This document shows positions 22,128-31,386 of a stretch of 58,289 nucleotides of DNA, in pieces. The DNA comes from Anaerolineales bacterium (lineage in GTDB: Bacteria > Chloroflexota > Anaerolineae > Anaerolineales > UBA4823): assembly GCA_035291645.1 (NCBI GenBank), contig DATDRQ010000310.1, positions 1-58,289 on the forward strand, written 5' to 3'. Below the pieces are notes generated by a model. That model worked only from the letters and a program-made list of their open reading frames with translations. It ran no database searches and had not been told where the DNA came from. The position numbers were made by a program, and so were the translations under genes. Positions within the stretch are counted from its first letter, which is position 1. Each line of letters starts with the position of its first letter.

Positions 22128-22766
22128 TTAGAACAGGTTTAGTTGTTTTGGATTTTGTTTCTCTTGAGGAGTACTGGAACCATTCTCTCCACCGGCTGAC
22201 GCTTCCAATCCTTTCGCGATCAGAGCAGGCAACTTCGAGAAATCCTTTTCCAAGACAGGTCTCAAGGATTGTTGGTGCAGGGCTGCTGCCGGGTGATACA
22301 TAGGGACGACCAGACGCCCCTTAGCCTGGAAAGCCTGCCCATGTACATCGCTGATCTTGGCGTTCGGCAGGAATAACCCCATCGAGTGCCTGCCCAGGGT
22401 CACAATCACACTCGGGTTGATCGCTTGTATTTGCCGGTCGAGGTAGTTCGAAGTACACGTCTCGACCTCCTCAGGCCGAGGATCGCGGTTGCCAGGAGGC
22501 CGGCACTTCACCACGTTGGTGATGAATACCTGCTCGCGCTGCATCCCGATCCCGGCCAGCAATTCATCCAGGAACTTCCCCGCCTGACCGACGAAGGGTC
22601 TGCCGCGTTCGTTTTCATGAAAACCCGGCCCTTCTCCGATAAACATGATCTCAGCCTCAGCCGGCCCTTCCCCGGGGACGGCCAGCTTGCGTGAATGGTA
22701 CAGGTCACACTTAACGCAGACGGAGGCTTCCTTTGCCACCATCTCCAGTATTTCATCAGGCTTCAC
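22128..22766 (-). CDS. uracil-DNA glycosylase, family 4
   Basis: CxxC near the N-terminus, GEGPGFHENERGRPFVGQAGKFL, and HPAAAL near the C-terminus. GTG start with GAGGTGA upstream. Confidence 0.88.
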   Translation of the reverse strand: MKPDEILEMVAKEASVCVKCDLYHSRKLAVPGEGPAEAEIMFIGEGPGFHENERGRPFVGQAGKFLDELLAGIGMQREQVFITNVVKCRPPGNRDPRPEEVETCTSNYLDRQIQAINPSVIVTLGRHSMGLFLPNAKISDVHGQAFQAKGRLVVPMYHPAAALHQQSLRPVLEKDFSKLPALIAKGLEASAGGENGSSTPQEKQNPKQLNLF

Positions 22767-22842
22767 ACATCACCTCGCCAAAACGATCACGGAAGTTCGA
22801 ACATCCAATCATATCACTGACTTTTATGTTCGTTAGCGGCTA

Positions 22843-23379
22843 TCAATCCACACTTACCGGAAAAAGGTTGATCCAGCCCTTGAGCTCTAACCATTGGAGA
22901 TAATCCTCATTTAATATCTCCAGGTTCATTAGCAGTGCGTCCTCCAGGTTATCGCGGTAGTATTTCGGGCGCCGGTTGACCACTTCGAAACCAAACTGGC
23001 GATAGAGCGCCTGGGCGGCTTCGTTGCCGGCGCGCACCTCGAGCATGGCCCTTTCAGCACCTCTCTGTATGGCCTGCTTGAGAGCCATTGCCAGTAACCC
23101 GCGACCGACGCCTCGCTGGCGGTGTTCGGGATGGACCGCGATGGTGGCAATATGGGCCTCATCCAATACAATCCACACGACGACCATTCCAGTAATTAGA
23201 CTTTCTCCGCCTGGTACGCTGTTCTCGGCGACCCACAGGATAGAGTTGGGGTTCTGGTTTAACTCGTAACGGTAAGCGCTCTCCGGCCAGGGGATACTAA
23301 ACGAGGTGAGATCGATGGCGTGCACATGTTGCACGTCATCCAGCTTCATTGGACGCAGTCTGATGTCAGATCCGTCCAT
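22843..23379 (-). CDS. rimI: ribosomal-protein-alanine N-acetyltransferase (GNAT)
   Basis: GNAT motif A RQRGVGRGLL. Start overlaps the tsaB stop (TAATG). Confidence 0.8.
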   Translation of the reverse strand: MDGSDIRLRPMKLDDVQHVHAIDLTSFSIPWPESAYRYELNQNPNSILWVAENSVPGGESLITGMVVVWIVLDEAHIATIAVHPEHRQRGVGRGLLAMALKQAIQRGAERAMLEVRAGNEAAQALYRQFGFEVVNRRPKYYRDNLEDALLMNLEILNEDYLQWLELKGWINLFPVSVD

Positions 23380-24047
23380 TAACCTGGGATCGGGTTTTCG
23401 TCGTGCAGGTATACTGGCGCCAGGGTGGCAGGATTACCCGCTTCGCCGGATCGCCATTTCTTCCAGGCCAGCTCAGCCAGGTAGGAAGGTCGGCGTAAAG
23501 ATTGGGCAGGGGATGCCAGGAGAATGATCCTGCGCTTCTTACCCATCGCCTGGCGATCATCGGCAGTCAGCTCACCGCTGACCAGGGTTGGCTTCTCGAT
23601 CATTCCGATAAGCGCCTCGCTCGTCATTAGCTCCGCCCTGCCAGTGGCTACCCATATCTGGCGCTGGTTGTGGTACCAGCCGACTGCCAGCCTGCCGCGC
23701 CCGGCCCGCAGGATCACCGCCAGCGGCAAATCCTTGACTGGGAGAGCCGCTGCCAGCACATCGAAGGTGGAAATCCCGATGATGGGCAAACGCCGCGCCA
23801 GAGCGAGGCCTTTCGCGAATGCCAGGCCAACCCGCAACCCGGTGAAGGAGCCTGGGCCAAGCGCAACCGCCAACGCCTGTAGAGAGGAGATGTTTACCCC
23901 TGCCTTCTCGAGGATGTGCGCCACTGCCGGCGCCAGGTCCACCGTGTGATAATCCTGGCTTGTCCAAACCGTCTCCCCCAGCACCTGGATTCCGTCATAC
24001 AGGGCTACGCCGACTGCCCGCGTGGAAGTATCGATCGCCAGGAGCAT
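23379..24047 (-). CDS. tsaB: tRNA t6A37 threonylcarbamoyl-transfer complex dimerisation subunit
   Basis: MLLAIDTSTRAVGVALYDG.. is the typical TsaB N-terminus. ATG 24047 overlaps the tsaE stop (TGATG); the track extension to 24206 lies inside tsaE. Confidence 0.85.
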   Translation of the reverse strand: MLLAIDTSTRAVGVALYDGIQVLGETVWTSQDYHTVDLAPAVAHILEKAGVNISSLQALAVALGPGSFTGLRVGLAFAKGLALARRLPIIGISTFDVLAAALPVKDLPLAVILRAGRGRLAVGWYHNQRQIWVATGRAELMTSEALIGMIEKPTLVSGELTADDRQAMGKKRRIILLASPAQSLRRPSYLAELAWKKWRSGEAGNPATLAPVYLHDENPIPG

Positions 24048-24544
24048 CACTGGCCTCCATAAAGCTGCTTGCGAAAAGCAGCCATCAGTGACAGGTAACG
24101 GTTTCCATGTCCGGTGAAGACCATGTCGCGCTGTCCCATGCTGATCAGTTGCATGGTGACCCACAGGTGATAGCGCGGCAGGACGGGTTGGACCCGCTCG
24201 GCCCACTCGACCACCAACGGCCCGCTCTCCAGCATAGGCTGAACGTCCAGGTCTTCCGCTTCCGCAGCGCTACTCAGCCGGTAGGCGTCCAGGTGGAATA
24301 GCCGGCCGCCTTCTGGGCGCCGGTAAACGTTGACCAGGACGAACGTAGGACTGGTAACCCTATCCAACGATCCCCAGCCAGCGGCGATGCCCTGGACGAA
24401 GGTCGTTTTCCCTGAACCCAGGTCCCCCACCAGGCAGACCACATCCCCGGCGTTGAGTAGCGCCCCCAGGCGCATCCCGACCCTGCGGGTATGCTCGGTG
24501 CTGCGGCTGATAAACTCCAATGAATTCGGGTCCAGGATCGGCAT
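24047..24544 (-). CDS. tsaE: tRNA t6A37 ATPase subunit
   Basis: Walker A GDLGSGKTTFVQGIA, SPTF, and 165-aa size. Confidence 0.88.
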   Translation of the reverse strand: MPILDPNSLEFISRSTEHTRRVGMRLGALLNAGDVVCLVGDLGSGKTTFVQGIAAGWGSLDRVTSPTFVLVNVYRRPEGGRLFHLDAYRLSSAAEAEDLDVQPMLESGPLVVEWAERVQPVLPRYHLWVTMQLISMGQRDMVFTGHGNRYLSLMAAFRKQLYGGQ

Positions 24545-24627
24545 GTCTATTGTGTCTATGAGGCTGATTTGTTGAATTTAATGTCACAATGCTGATCGAT
24601 CAGGCCGGTGTACTCTGCTGTAGACTC

Positions 24628-26799
24628 TCAAAATTTTTTTTCCATTTTTGCGAGCGAAGCCGCCACGCGTTTCAGCCCCACCTCTGCGAAAAACACGTCC
24701 ACGATCTCGTCGTCGTCCTGGAGGCGGCTGTTGAGCACCATCCCCTCTCCCCAAACCGGATGGAAAACCTTCGCCCCCGGGCTGTATTGGGGTTCAATTA
24801 ACCGCTGGCTGTGTGAGAGGGAAGGTTCCCAGCGGTCAGGCCGGTAGGGACTGCTCGTCCTGGTCCTCCGGCGGGATAGACCCACCTCCTCCAGCAGCTC
24901 GACTGGGATATCTTTCAAAAATCGCGACTCTACCGTTGGCTCTGAATAACCGTAAGCGCTGCGATTGAGGGGGGTCATCAGGTACAGGCGATCCTTGGCG
25001 CGGGTGATACCAACGTAAAACAGGCGCCGCTCCTCCTGCATTCCCTCCGGATCGTCGAAGGATCGAGCGTGCGGCAATAAACCGTCGTTCAGACCGACGA
25101 TGAAGACGTTCGCGAACTCCAGACCCTTGGCAGCATGCAGGGTGAGCAGGGAAGGGACGTTCGCTGACGTCTCCAGGGTATCTTGATCGGATACAAGGGC
25201 GACATCTTCGAGAAAAGTCACCAGTCCTCGCTCCTGGTATTCGCCTGCCAGACGACGCAATTCCATCACGTTCTCCCAACGCTCGCGCCCCTCGTCGGTG
25301 CCATCGTCGATGTAACTGCGGTAATCTACTTCTTCCAGGATGCGATCCATCAAGGAAAGGGGAGCCAGTTCCTCCGCCTGGGCGCACCAGGTATTCAGCC
25401 GGGAGCCGAACTGCGCCATGGCAGCCACCGCTCTACCGGGCAACGCCTCCAGGTGTGGGGAGTGATTGTTCCTGCCTAGCTCCAGAAGCAACCTGCCGGG
25501 GGCAGACTTCGATTTCTGCGCCAGGCTGCGGAATAACGCCAGAGTCTTCTCACCTATCCCTCGCGCCGGGACGTTGATAACCCGCAACAGGCTGACCTCG
25601 TCCTCCGGGTTATAGACCAGGCGCAGATAAGCAATGATATCTTTAATCTCACGCCGTCCATAGAAGCGCTGTGCTCCGACCAGCTTATAAGGCAGACCGG
25701 CGTGCAGGAAGGCTTCTTCCAGCAGGCGGGATTGGGCATTCGTACGGTACATCACAGCGAAGTCGCCCGGCTGAGCTGCCTGGCTCGCCACCAGCCGGGC
25801 GATCGTCTCCACGACGTAGGCCGCCTCTTCCCTGTCATCATACGTTTCATGGATGAGGATCTTTTCCCCCTGGCCGCGGTCGGTGAACAAGCGCTTGGGT
25901 TTACGCGCCGGGTTGCGATCGATCACCGCCATGGCAACGTCCAGAATCGATTGGGTGGAGCGGTAATTCTGCTCAAGCAAGATGACCTGCGTGTCGGGAA
26001 AATCTCGCTCAAAACGCAGCACGTTGCGGTAATCCGCGCCGCGCCAGGCATAGATCGATTGATCCGTGTCCCCGACCACGAAGATGTTTCGATAAAAAGA
26101 GGCCAGGTGCTTCAGTAGTGTGTACTGGGCCATGTTTGTGTCCTGGAACTCGTCGACCAGGACATGCTCAAAGCGCCGGGCGTACTTCTCGCGCACCTCA
26201 GGGAATTCCTGCATGAGCCGGGTGGTCCAAAGCAACAGATCGTCGAAATCCAGGCCGTTGCTTCCAGCCAGCAGGTCCTGGTAGCGGGAATAGATTCGCT
26301 TGACCACCTCATCACGGTAATTTTGAAGCGGAAACTCATCCGGGAGGGCGAGTTCATTCTTGGCGTTCGAGATGGCCGCATGGACGCTCTGTGGTGTATA
26401 GCGTTTCGGATCTAAGTTGAGGTCGTCCAACGCCTGGCGAACCAGGGTGAGCTGGTCATCGGCGTCGTAGATGACGAAACTGGATGTGAAGGGGAGATGT
26501 TCCGCTTCCCTGCGCAAGATGCGCGCACAGGTGGCGTGGAAAGTACCCAGGGTCAGGCCGTGGGCTTGCGGGCCAAGCAGCTGCTCCACCCGGTGCTGCA
26601 TCTCTTGGGCAGCTTTATTGGTAAACGTGACCGCCAGGATATGGTAAGGGCGGACTCCCAGCTCGCCGATTATATAGGCGATCCGGTAGGTTAAGACGCG
26701 CGTCTTTCCCGAGCCCGGACCTGCCAGGACAAGAACCGGTCCTTCACCTGCCTGGACAGCCTGCTGCTGCTGGGGGTTCAGTCGTTCCAGGAATTCCAT
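24628..26799 (-). CDS. pcrA: ATP-dependent DNA helicase, UvrD/PcrA family
   Basis: AGPGSGKTRVLT (motif I), VDEFQDTN (motif II), YRS (motif IV) and HAAKGLEF..VGITRA (motifs V/VI). Confidence 0.92.
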   Translation of the reverse strand: MEFLERLNPQQQQAVQAGEGPVLVLAGPGSGKTRVLTYRIAYIIGELGVRPYHILAVTFTNKAAQEMQHRVEQLLGPQAHGLTLGTFHATCARILRREAEHLPFTSSFVIYDADDQLTLVRQALDDLNLDPKRYTPQSVHAAISNAKNELALPDEFPLQNYRDEVVKRIYSRYQDLLAGSNGLDFDDLLLWTTRLMQEFPEVREKYARRFEHVLVDEFQDTNMAQYTLLKHLASFYRNIFVVGDTDQSIYAWRGADYRNVLRFERDFPDTQVILLEQNYRSTQSILDVAMAVIDRNPARKPKRLFTDRGQGEKILIHETYDDREEAAYVVETIARLVASQAAQPGDFAVMYRTNAQSRLLEEAFLHAGLPYKLVGAQRFYGRREIKDIIAYLRLVYNPEDEVSLLRVINVPARGIGEKTLALFRSLAQKSKSAPGRLLLELGRNNHSPHLEALPGRAVAAMAQFGSRLNTWCAQAEELAPLSLMDRILEEVDYRSYIDDGTDEGRERWENVMELRRLAGEYQERGLVTFLEDVALVSDQDTLETSANVPSLLTLHAAKGLEFANVFIVGLNDGLLPHARSFDDPEGMQEERRLFYVGITRAKDRLYLMTPLNRSAYGYSEPTVESRFLKDIPVELLEEVGLSRRRTRTSSPYRPDRWEPSLSHSQRLIEPQYSPGAKVFHPVWGEGMVLNSRLQDDDEIVDVFFAEVGLKRVAASLAKMEKKF

Positions 26800-26918
26800 A
26801 CGCAGGGATTGTAACGTCAGGCAGAGGGGGTGTCAACAGGTTGCTACGGAGGGCAGCCTGGAAGAACCCATCTTTGCCGGCGGCCCGGCACTGTATAGCC
26901 GGAAGATCTTACGACTGG

Positions 26919-26947
26919 TTGTCATGCGAACCGCTTTCGGCTAAAAT
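26919..26947 (+). promoter_or_regulatory. sigma-70-like promoter of holB (TTGTCA-17-TAAAAT)
   Basis: -35 at 26919-26924 and -10 at 26942-26947. The ATG at 26954 begins 7 nt after the -10 with no SD, which predicts a leaderless mRNA. Confidence 0.5.
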
Positions 26948-26953
26948 TCTGGC

Positions 26954-27970
26954 ATGGAATGGGATATCCTGGGCCACGAGTGGGCCGTGCAGCTACTGCA
27001 AGAGAACCTCCGCCGAGAGTCACCCCACCACGCCTATTTACTCAGCGGACCTGAAGGTGTCGGACGGCGAACGCTGGCGATCCGGCTGGCTCAGGCTCTG
27101 AACTGCCCTCAGCCGAGCCAGCCTGGCCTTCCATGCCGGGAATGTCGCACCTGCCGGCAGATCGAAAAACTAACCCACCCGGACCTGCACCTGATCCAGG
27201 CGGACCAGTTGGGCGGCGTGCTCAAAGTCGATCAGGTTCGTGAACTCCAGCACTGGCTCTCCCTGGCGCCTTACGAAGCCCGCTACCGCGTGGCCCTACT
27301 CATGCGGTTCGAAGAGGCGAACGACAATGCGGCCAACGCCCTGTTGAAAACACTGGAAGAACCGCCTCCACAGGTGGTTCTGATCCTGACGGCAGATAGC
27401 CCCGAGCGCTTACTCCCAACCATCGCCTCACGTTGCGAGCTGCTGAGGCTGCGCCCGCTTCCGATCGATGTTGTCCGGGAGGGTCTAGAATCCCGTTGGG
27501 GAGTGCCCGCACGGGAAGCAAACCTGCTCGCTCACATCTCCGGTGGCCGTCCGGGCTATGCCTTGAGACTTAGCCAGGAGCCTGATCGGCTTCGCTGGAG
27601 AGATGAATGGCTGAATGATCACCGCCGTTTGCTCGGATCGAACCGGGTGGGAAGATTTGCATACGCCGATAAACAGGCCAAGAACAAAGATGTCCTTCGA
27701 GAACTGCTTGGCATCTGGTACTCCCTGTGGCGAGACGCGATGCTGCAGTCATCCGGTGCCGCACAGCCTTTCCTTAACCCTGACCGGATCTCGGACATTC
27801 GATTTCTGGCAACTCAATTAGACCTGCAGATCATCCTCCATATCCTCCAGGGATTTGAAAAAACCATCGAATTGATCGACCGGAACATCAACCCGCGCCT
27901 CGCCTTCGAAGTGCTCTTGCTCGATCTGCCACGGGTGCAGGATGAACCTTCTGCGGTACCGGGTGCCTGA
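26954..27970 (+). CDS. holB: DNA polymerase III delta-prime subunit
   Basis: HAYLLSGPEGVGRRTLAIRLAQALNC, a zinc-module-like CRECRTC, and ..NALLKTLEEPP.. Confidence 0.85.
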   Translation: MEWDILGHEWAVQLLQENLRRESPHHAYLLSGPEGVGRRTLAIRLAQALNCPQPSQPGLPCRECRTCRQIEKLTHPDLHLIQADQLGGVLKVDQVRELQHWLSLAPYEARYRVALLMRFEEANDNAANALLKTLEEPPPQVVLILTADSPERLLPTIASRCELLRLRPLPIDVVREGLESRWGVPAREANLLAHISGGRPGYALRLSQEPDRLRWRDEWLNDHRRLLGSNRVGRFAYADKQAKNKDVLRELLGIWYSLWRDAMLQSSGAAQPFLNPDRISDIRFLATQLDLQIILHILQGFEKTIELIDRNINPRLAFEVLLLDLPRVQDEPSAVPGA

Positions 27971-28239
27971 ATCCCTCTTGACAACCCCAGGCGATTGAAT
28001 CCCACAACCTGGATTTTCAACTTACTATTTCGATAAGTCCTGTTGACGGAATCGACCGCTTCTACACAGGACGATATGCTATACTCCGAATCGCAGAGGT
28101 TTATAACCATTAACTATCGGTTGAACCGGAAAATCCGCAGAGCGATCACCCTATTACTCAGGCGGGGGTATCTATAGATACGGAAAGGCCGAATCAACGT
28201 CGTAAACTTCCCGGGGATGGACACCAGGACCCAGCAAGG

Positions 28240-30327
28240 ATGACGATACACGTCAAAGACCAGGAATTAACCAGGTCCTCACTCAACCTGCTGTACGATA
28301 TCAGCCGAGAACTGGCGACAGCCATCGATCTCAATGCTGTCCTCAAACGCGTCTTGTCCCTATCGATGGAAAACGTCGGGGCGGCCAGTGGGAGTTTGAT
28401 CGTCTTAGACGATGAGGGCCAGCCGATCGAATCGATGCTCATCGTTGGCTCCAGGATCATCCAGCACACCACGCAGGAACTCAGCGCCACACTTAATTAC
28501 GGGCTGGCAGGCTGGGCAGTCCGCAATAGCCAGGCAGCTTTGATCACAGACACAAGCCGAGATCCAAGGTGGCTGATCCGGCCGGATGACCGGGCAGAGC
28601 GGACCGGAAGGAAGTCTGCTATCAGCGTCCCCTTAACAACCCACGACCGGGTGATCGGGGTGATGACGTTGGTTCATCCTGCACCAGGCTTCTTTTCAGC
28701 CGCGCATCTGTCCTTGTTGCAGTCTATCGCCGACCAGGCCAGCATCGCTTTGTTGAATGCCCGGTTGTATCATGAGAGCCAGCGCCAGGCCAGGGTGATG
28801 CAGGCGGTCGCCGAAAGCGCCGCGGTGATTACAGACGTGCTCGATCTTGAAGAAGTCCTGCAGCGCATCCTGGTACAGATCAGCCGGGCTTTAAGAGTCG
28901 AGGTGGTCTCCCTGGCCTTGATCGACCAGAAAGACGGAGGTTTAATTTTTCTTGCCTCCACAGATCAGTCCAGCCATCGTATTATCGGACAACGCCTGGC
29001 GCTGGGTGAAGGCATAGCCGGTTGGGTTGCGCAGGAGGGCCGCGGTATGATCGTGACAGAATCCAGCGATGACCCCCGGTTCTTATGTGAGTTCGATCGG
29101 CAGAACGGTCTAGATACCCAGGTAGTTGCCTGCGCGCCGATCAGTTTACACGGCAACGTGATCGGGGTGATCGAGGCGATCAATCCATTAGAGGGAAGCT
29201 TCGAGCCGGATGCACTTAAGGTCTTAACAGGGATCGGCAGCCTGGCTGGGACTGCGATCCATAATGCACAGCTATTTGAACAGCTGCAGGCAGCTCATCG
29301 CCGCTACCTGGAGTTGTTCGAAGATAGCATCAACGCGATCTTAATCACCGATCTGGCGGGAAAGATCCTGGAAGCCAACCGGCAGGCAGAACTCCTGACC
29401 GGCGCAGGAAAAGATTCATTGCGCCGGCTAGCTATCCACCAACTTATCACCGAACAGGACGAAGGAGCCGAGCCCCAAACAGACCCGCACACTTATGGAG
29501 ATACCCGCACTTACGAGTCTTTCCTTCGCCCGGACAATGGGCGGCTGATCCCGATCCAGATTTATATTCGCATTGTAAAGATAGAAGACGACGACTGCCT
29601 GCAGTGGATCATTCAAGATATCTCTGAACGCAAGGATCTGGATCGCCTGCGGGAAGATCTGATCTCCATGGTCTATCACGATCTGCGCTCGCCTCTGGCC
29701 AATATCGTCTCCAGTCTGGATGTGGTCGCGGCCCTCCTTCCCCCGCAGGTCGATCCGGCGGTACGATCTCTGCTCAATATCGCCATGCGTTCGACCGAGC
29801 GCATCCAGCGGCTTACCAACTCCTTGCTTGACATCAAACGCCTGGAGAGCAATCAGCCGGTTGGCAATCTCTCAACCGTATCCCTGTCTCAGCTGGGAAA
29901 AGAGACCATCGAAGCCGTTCAGCCTCTCGCCGATGGTAAAGGTCAAACGCTTCACCTGAACATCCCGGCAGATCTTCCCCAGATTCGCATCGAAGCTGAT
30001 ATGATCAGGCGCGTCTTGATCAATCTGGCGGAAAACGCAGTGAAATACTCCCCACCTGGCGGCCAGATTTATCTCGGGGCCCAGCTTGGGGAAGACTGGA
30101 TCACGATCTGGGTACAGGATACCGGCCCAGGGATTCCGCCAGTGGAAAAAGACCGTATCTTTGATAAATACACCCGCCTGAATACGATGGACGGACCGAA
30201 AGGCATCGGCCTGGGATTGAATTATTGCCGGCTAGCGGTAGAAGGGCATGGGGGAAGGATCTGGGTGGAAAGCCAGCCCGATGAAGGTTCCCGTTTTTGT
30301 TTTACGCTTCCAATAGGGAACCGTTAG
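28240..30327 (+). CDS. GAF-GAF-PAS sensor histidine kinase
   Basis: Two GAF-like regions, then a PAS-like region, then HisKA MVYHDLRSPLANI and HATPase blocks NLAENAVKYS, DTGPGIP and GIGLGLNYC. Confidence 0.88.
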   Translation: MTIHVKDQELTRSSLNLLYDISRELATAIDLNAVLKRVLSLSMENVGAASGSLIVLDDEGQPIESMLIVGSRIIQHTTQELSATLNYGLAGWAVRNSQAALITDTSRDPRWLIRPDDRAERTGRKSAISVPLTTHDRVIGVMTLVHPAPGFFSAAHLSLLQSIADQASIALLNARLYHESQRQARVMQAVAESAAVITDVLDLEEVLQRILVQISRALRVEVVSLALIDQKDGGLIFLASTDQSSHRIIGQRLALGEGIAGWVAQEGRGMIVTESSDDPRFLCEFDRQNGLDTQVVACAPISLHGNVIGVIEAINPLEGSFEPDALKVLTGIGSLAGTAIHNAQLFEQLQAAHRRYLELFEDSINAILITDLAGKILEANRQAELLTGAGKDSLRRLAIHQLITEQDEGAEPQTDPHTYGDTRTYESFLRPDNGRLIPIQIYIRIVKIEDDDCLQWIIQDISERKDLDRLREDLISMVYHDLRSPLANIVSSLDVVAALLPPQVDPAVRSLLNIAMRSTERIQRLTNSLLDIKRLESNQPVGNLSTVSLSQLGKETIEAVQPLADGKGQTLHLNIPADLPQIRIEADMIRRVLINLAENAVKYSPPGGQIYLGAQLGEDWITIWVQDTGPGIPPVEKDRIFDKYTRLNTMDGPKGIGLGLNYCRLAVEGHGGRIWVESQPDEGSRFCFTLPIGNR

Positions 30328-30410
30328 GGCCGGGCGCGGTCTCAGGATCAAGCGTGCTTGCGCGCAAGCACGCTTGCGTGCAAGCACGGATTTGGAGACC
30401 TGCGTATCAT
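30324..30410 (+). repeat. intergenic structured repeat, copy A
   Basis: TTAGGGCCGGGCGCGGTCTCAGG..GTGCTTGCGCGCAAGCAC-GCTTGCGTGCAAGCACGGATTTGGAGACCTGCGTATCAT. It overlaps the kinase stop codon (TAG 30325-30327) and ends 12 nt before the next ATG. Confidence 0.8.
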
Positions 30411-30422
30411 AAAGGAATTGCG

Positions 30423-31277
30423 ATGCATCAAGTAACCCCTGCGGTTTATTATGAAGATGGTTATTCAGGCGTCACGCTGGGCGCCTTAACCTTCCCACAT
30501 GGCACCATCCTGATCGATGCGCCTCTGCGAACGGAGGATGCGCGCACCTGGCGCTCGACGCTCAACAACCTCTCCCAGGGTCCAAATCGCATTCTGATCA
30601 ATCTAGATGCCCATCTTGATCGCACCTTGGGCGCCCGTGCCCTGGATACCACCATCGTAGCCCACCTGAAAACAGCCCAGGTGTTCCGCAACCGGCCTTC
30701 GATATTCAAAGGCCATAACACCGAGAGTGGCGCGGAATGGGAAGCGAACAACGACGTCCTTGGAACGCGCTGGGCGATCCCCGATGTGACCTTTACCAAC
30801 CGCCTGTTCTTTTACTGGGGAGGGCCGGAGGTGGTCCTGGAACACCATCCAGGTCCGGCTCTTGGGTCGATCTGGGTCATTATCCCTCAGGAGCGGGTGG
30901 TTTTTGTCGGAGATACCATCCTCTCGGACCAGCCTCCATTTCTCGCGTCTGCTGACTTGACCGCCTGGATCGAATCGATGGAACTCTTGCTGGCTTCGTA
31001 CAAGGAATATACGATCATCAGCGGGCGCGGCGGCGTGGTTAGTATGGATTCGATCCGCAGCCAGCTAAAAGTCCTCAAACAAATCCTGAAGGGACTGGAG
31101 AAGCTGGCAAAGCGCAATGCTCCTCCCGAGATGACCGAAGGTCTGATATCCGGGCTGCTCGCAGACATGGATTTACCCCCCAAGCGCCGGGAACATTTCG
31201 CGCAACGCTTAAGACACGGTCTGTACTACTATTACGCCAGGCGTTACAGGCCGATCGACTCCTACGAGCAAGATTAA
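30423..31277 (+). CDS. MBL-fold-like protein with a degenerate metal motif
   Basis: ATG 30423 (MHQVTPAVYYEDGY..). ILIDAP..INLDAHLDRTLGA sits where HxHxDH is expected. The track's 5' extension runs through repeat A. Confidence 0.5.
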   Translation: MHQVTPAVYYEDGYSGVTLGALTFPHGTILIDAPLRTEDARTWRSTLNNLSQGPNRILINLDAHLDRTLGARALDTTIVAHLKTAQVFRNRPSIFKGHNTESGAEWEANNDVLGTRWAIPDVTFTNRLFFYWGGPEVVLEHHPGPALGSIWVIIPQERVVFVGDTILSDQPPFLASADLTAWIESMELLLASYKEYTIISGRGGVVSMDSIRSQLKVLKQILKGLEKLAKRNAPPEMTEGLISGLLADMDLPPKRREHFAQRLRHGLYYYYARRYRPIDSYEQD

Positions 31278-31360
31278 GTTTGGGCGCGGTTTCCGGGCCA
31301 CACAGGCTTGCGCGCAAGAACGCTTGCGAGCAAGCACGGATTCGAAGACCTTCGTAATAA
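31273..31360 (+). repeat. intergenic structured repeat, copy B
   Basis: ATTAAGTTTGGGCGCGGTTTCCGGGCC..GCTTGCGCGCAAGAACGCTTGCGAGCAAGCACGGATTCGAAGACCTTCGTAATAA. It contains the stop codon of the upstream gene (TAA 31275-31277). Confidence 0.85.
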
Positions 31361-31386
31361 AAAAAAGAACCGAGAATGGGAGAGCA

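Noticed and set aside
24048-24206. N-terminal extensions of several track ORFs (tsaB 24048-24206; also 13732-13794 gmd, 30297-30422, 31324-31386, 32412-32456, 34055-34093, 52712-52759)
   Set aside because: The extensions overlap upstream genes or the intergenic repeats. Internal ATGs match family N-termini and have SD sequences.
26800-26953. The strand-switch point (all genes to the left on the minus strand, the next 10 kb on the plus strand), considered as a replication origin
   Set aside because: No DnaA-box-like TTATCCACA repeats, no AT-rich unwinding element and no dnaA or dnaN nearby. It is a simple divergent promoter region.
30351-30388. The central palindromes of the repeat family, considered as rho-independent terminators
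   Set aside because: No U-tract follows them in any copy, and copy D lacks them entirely. They may still affect RNA stability, but they are not canonical terminators.
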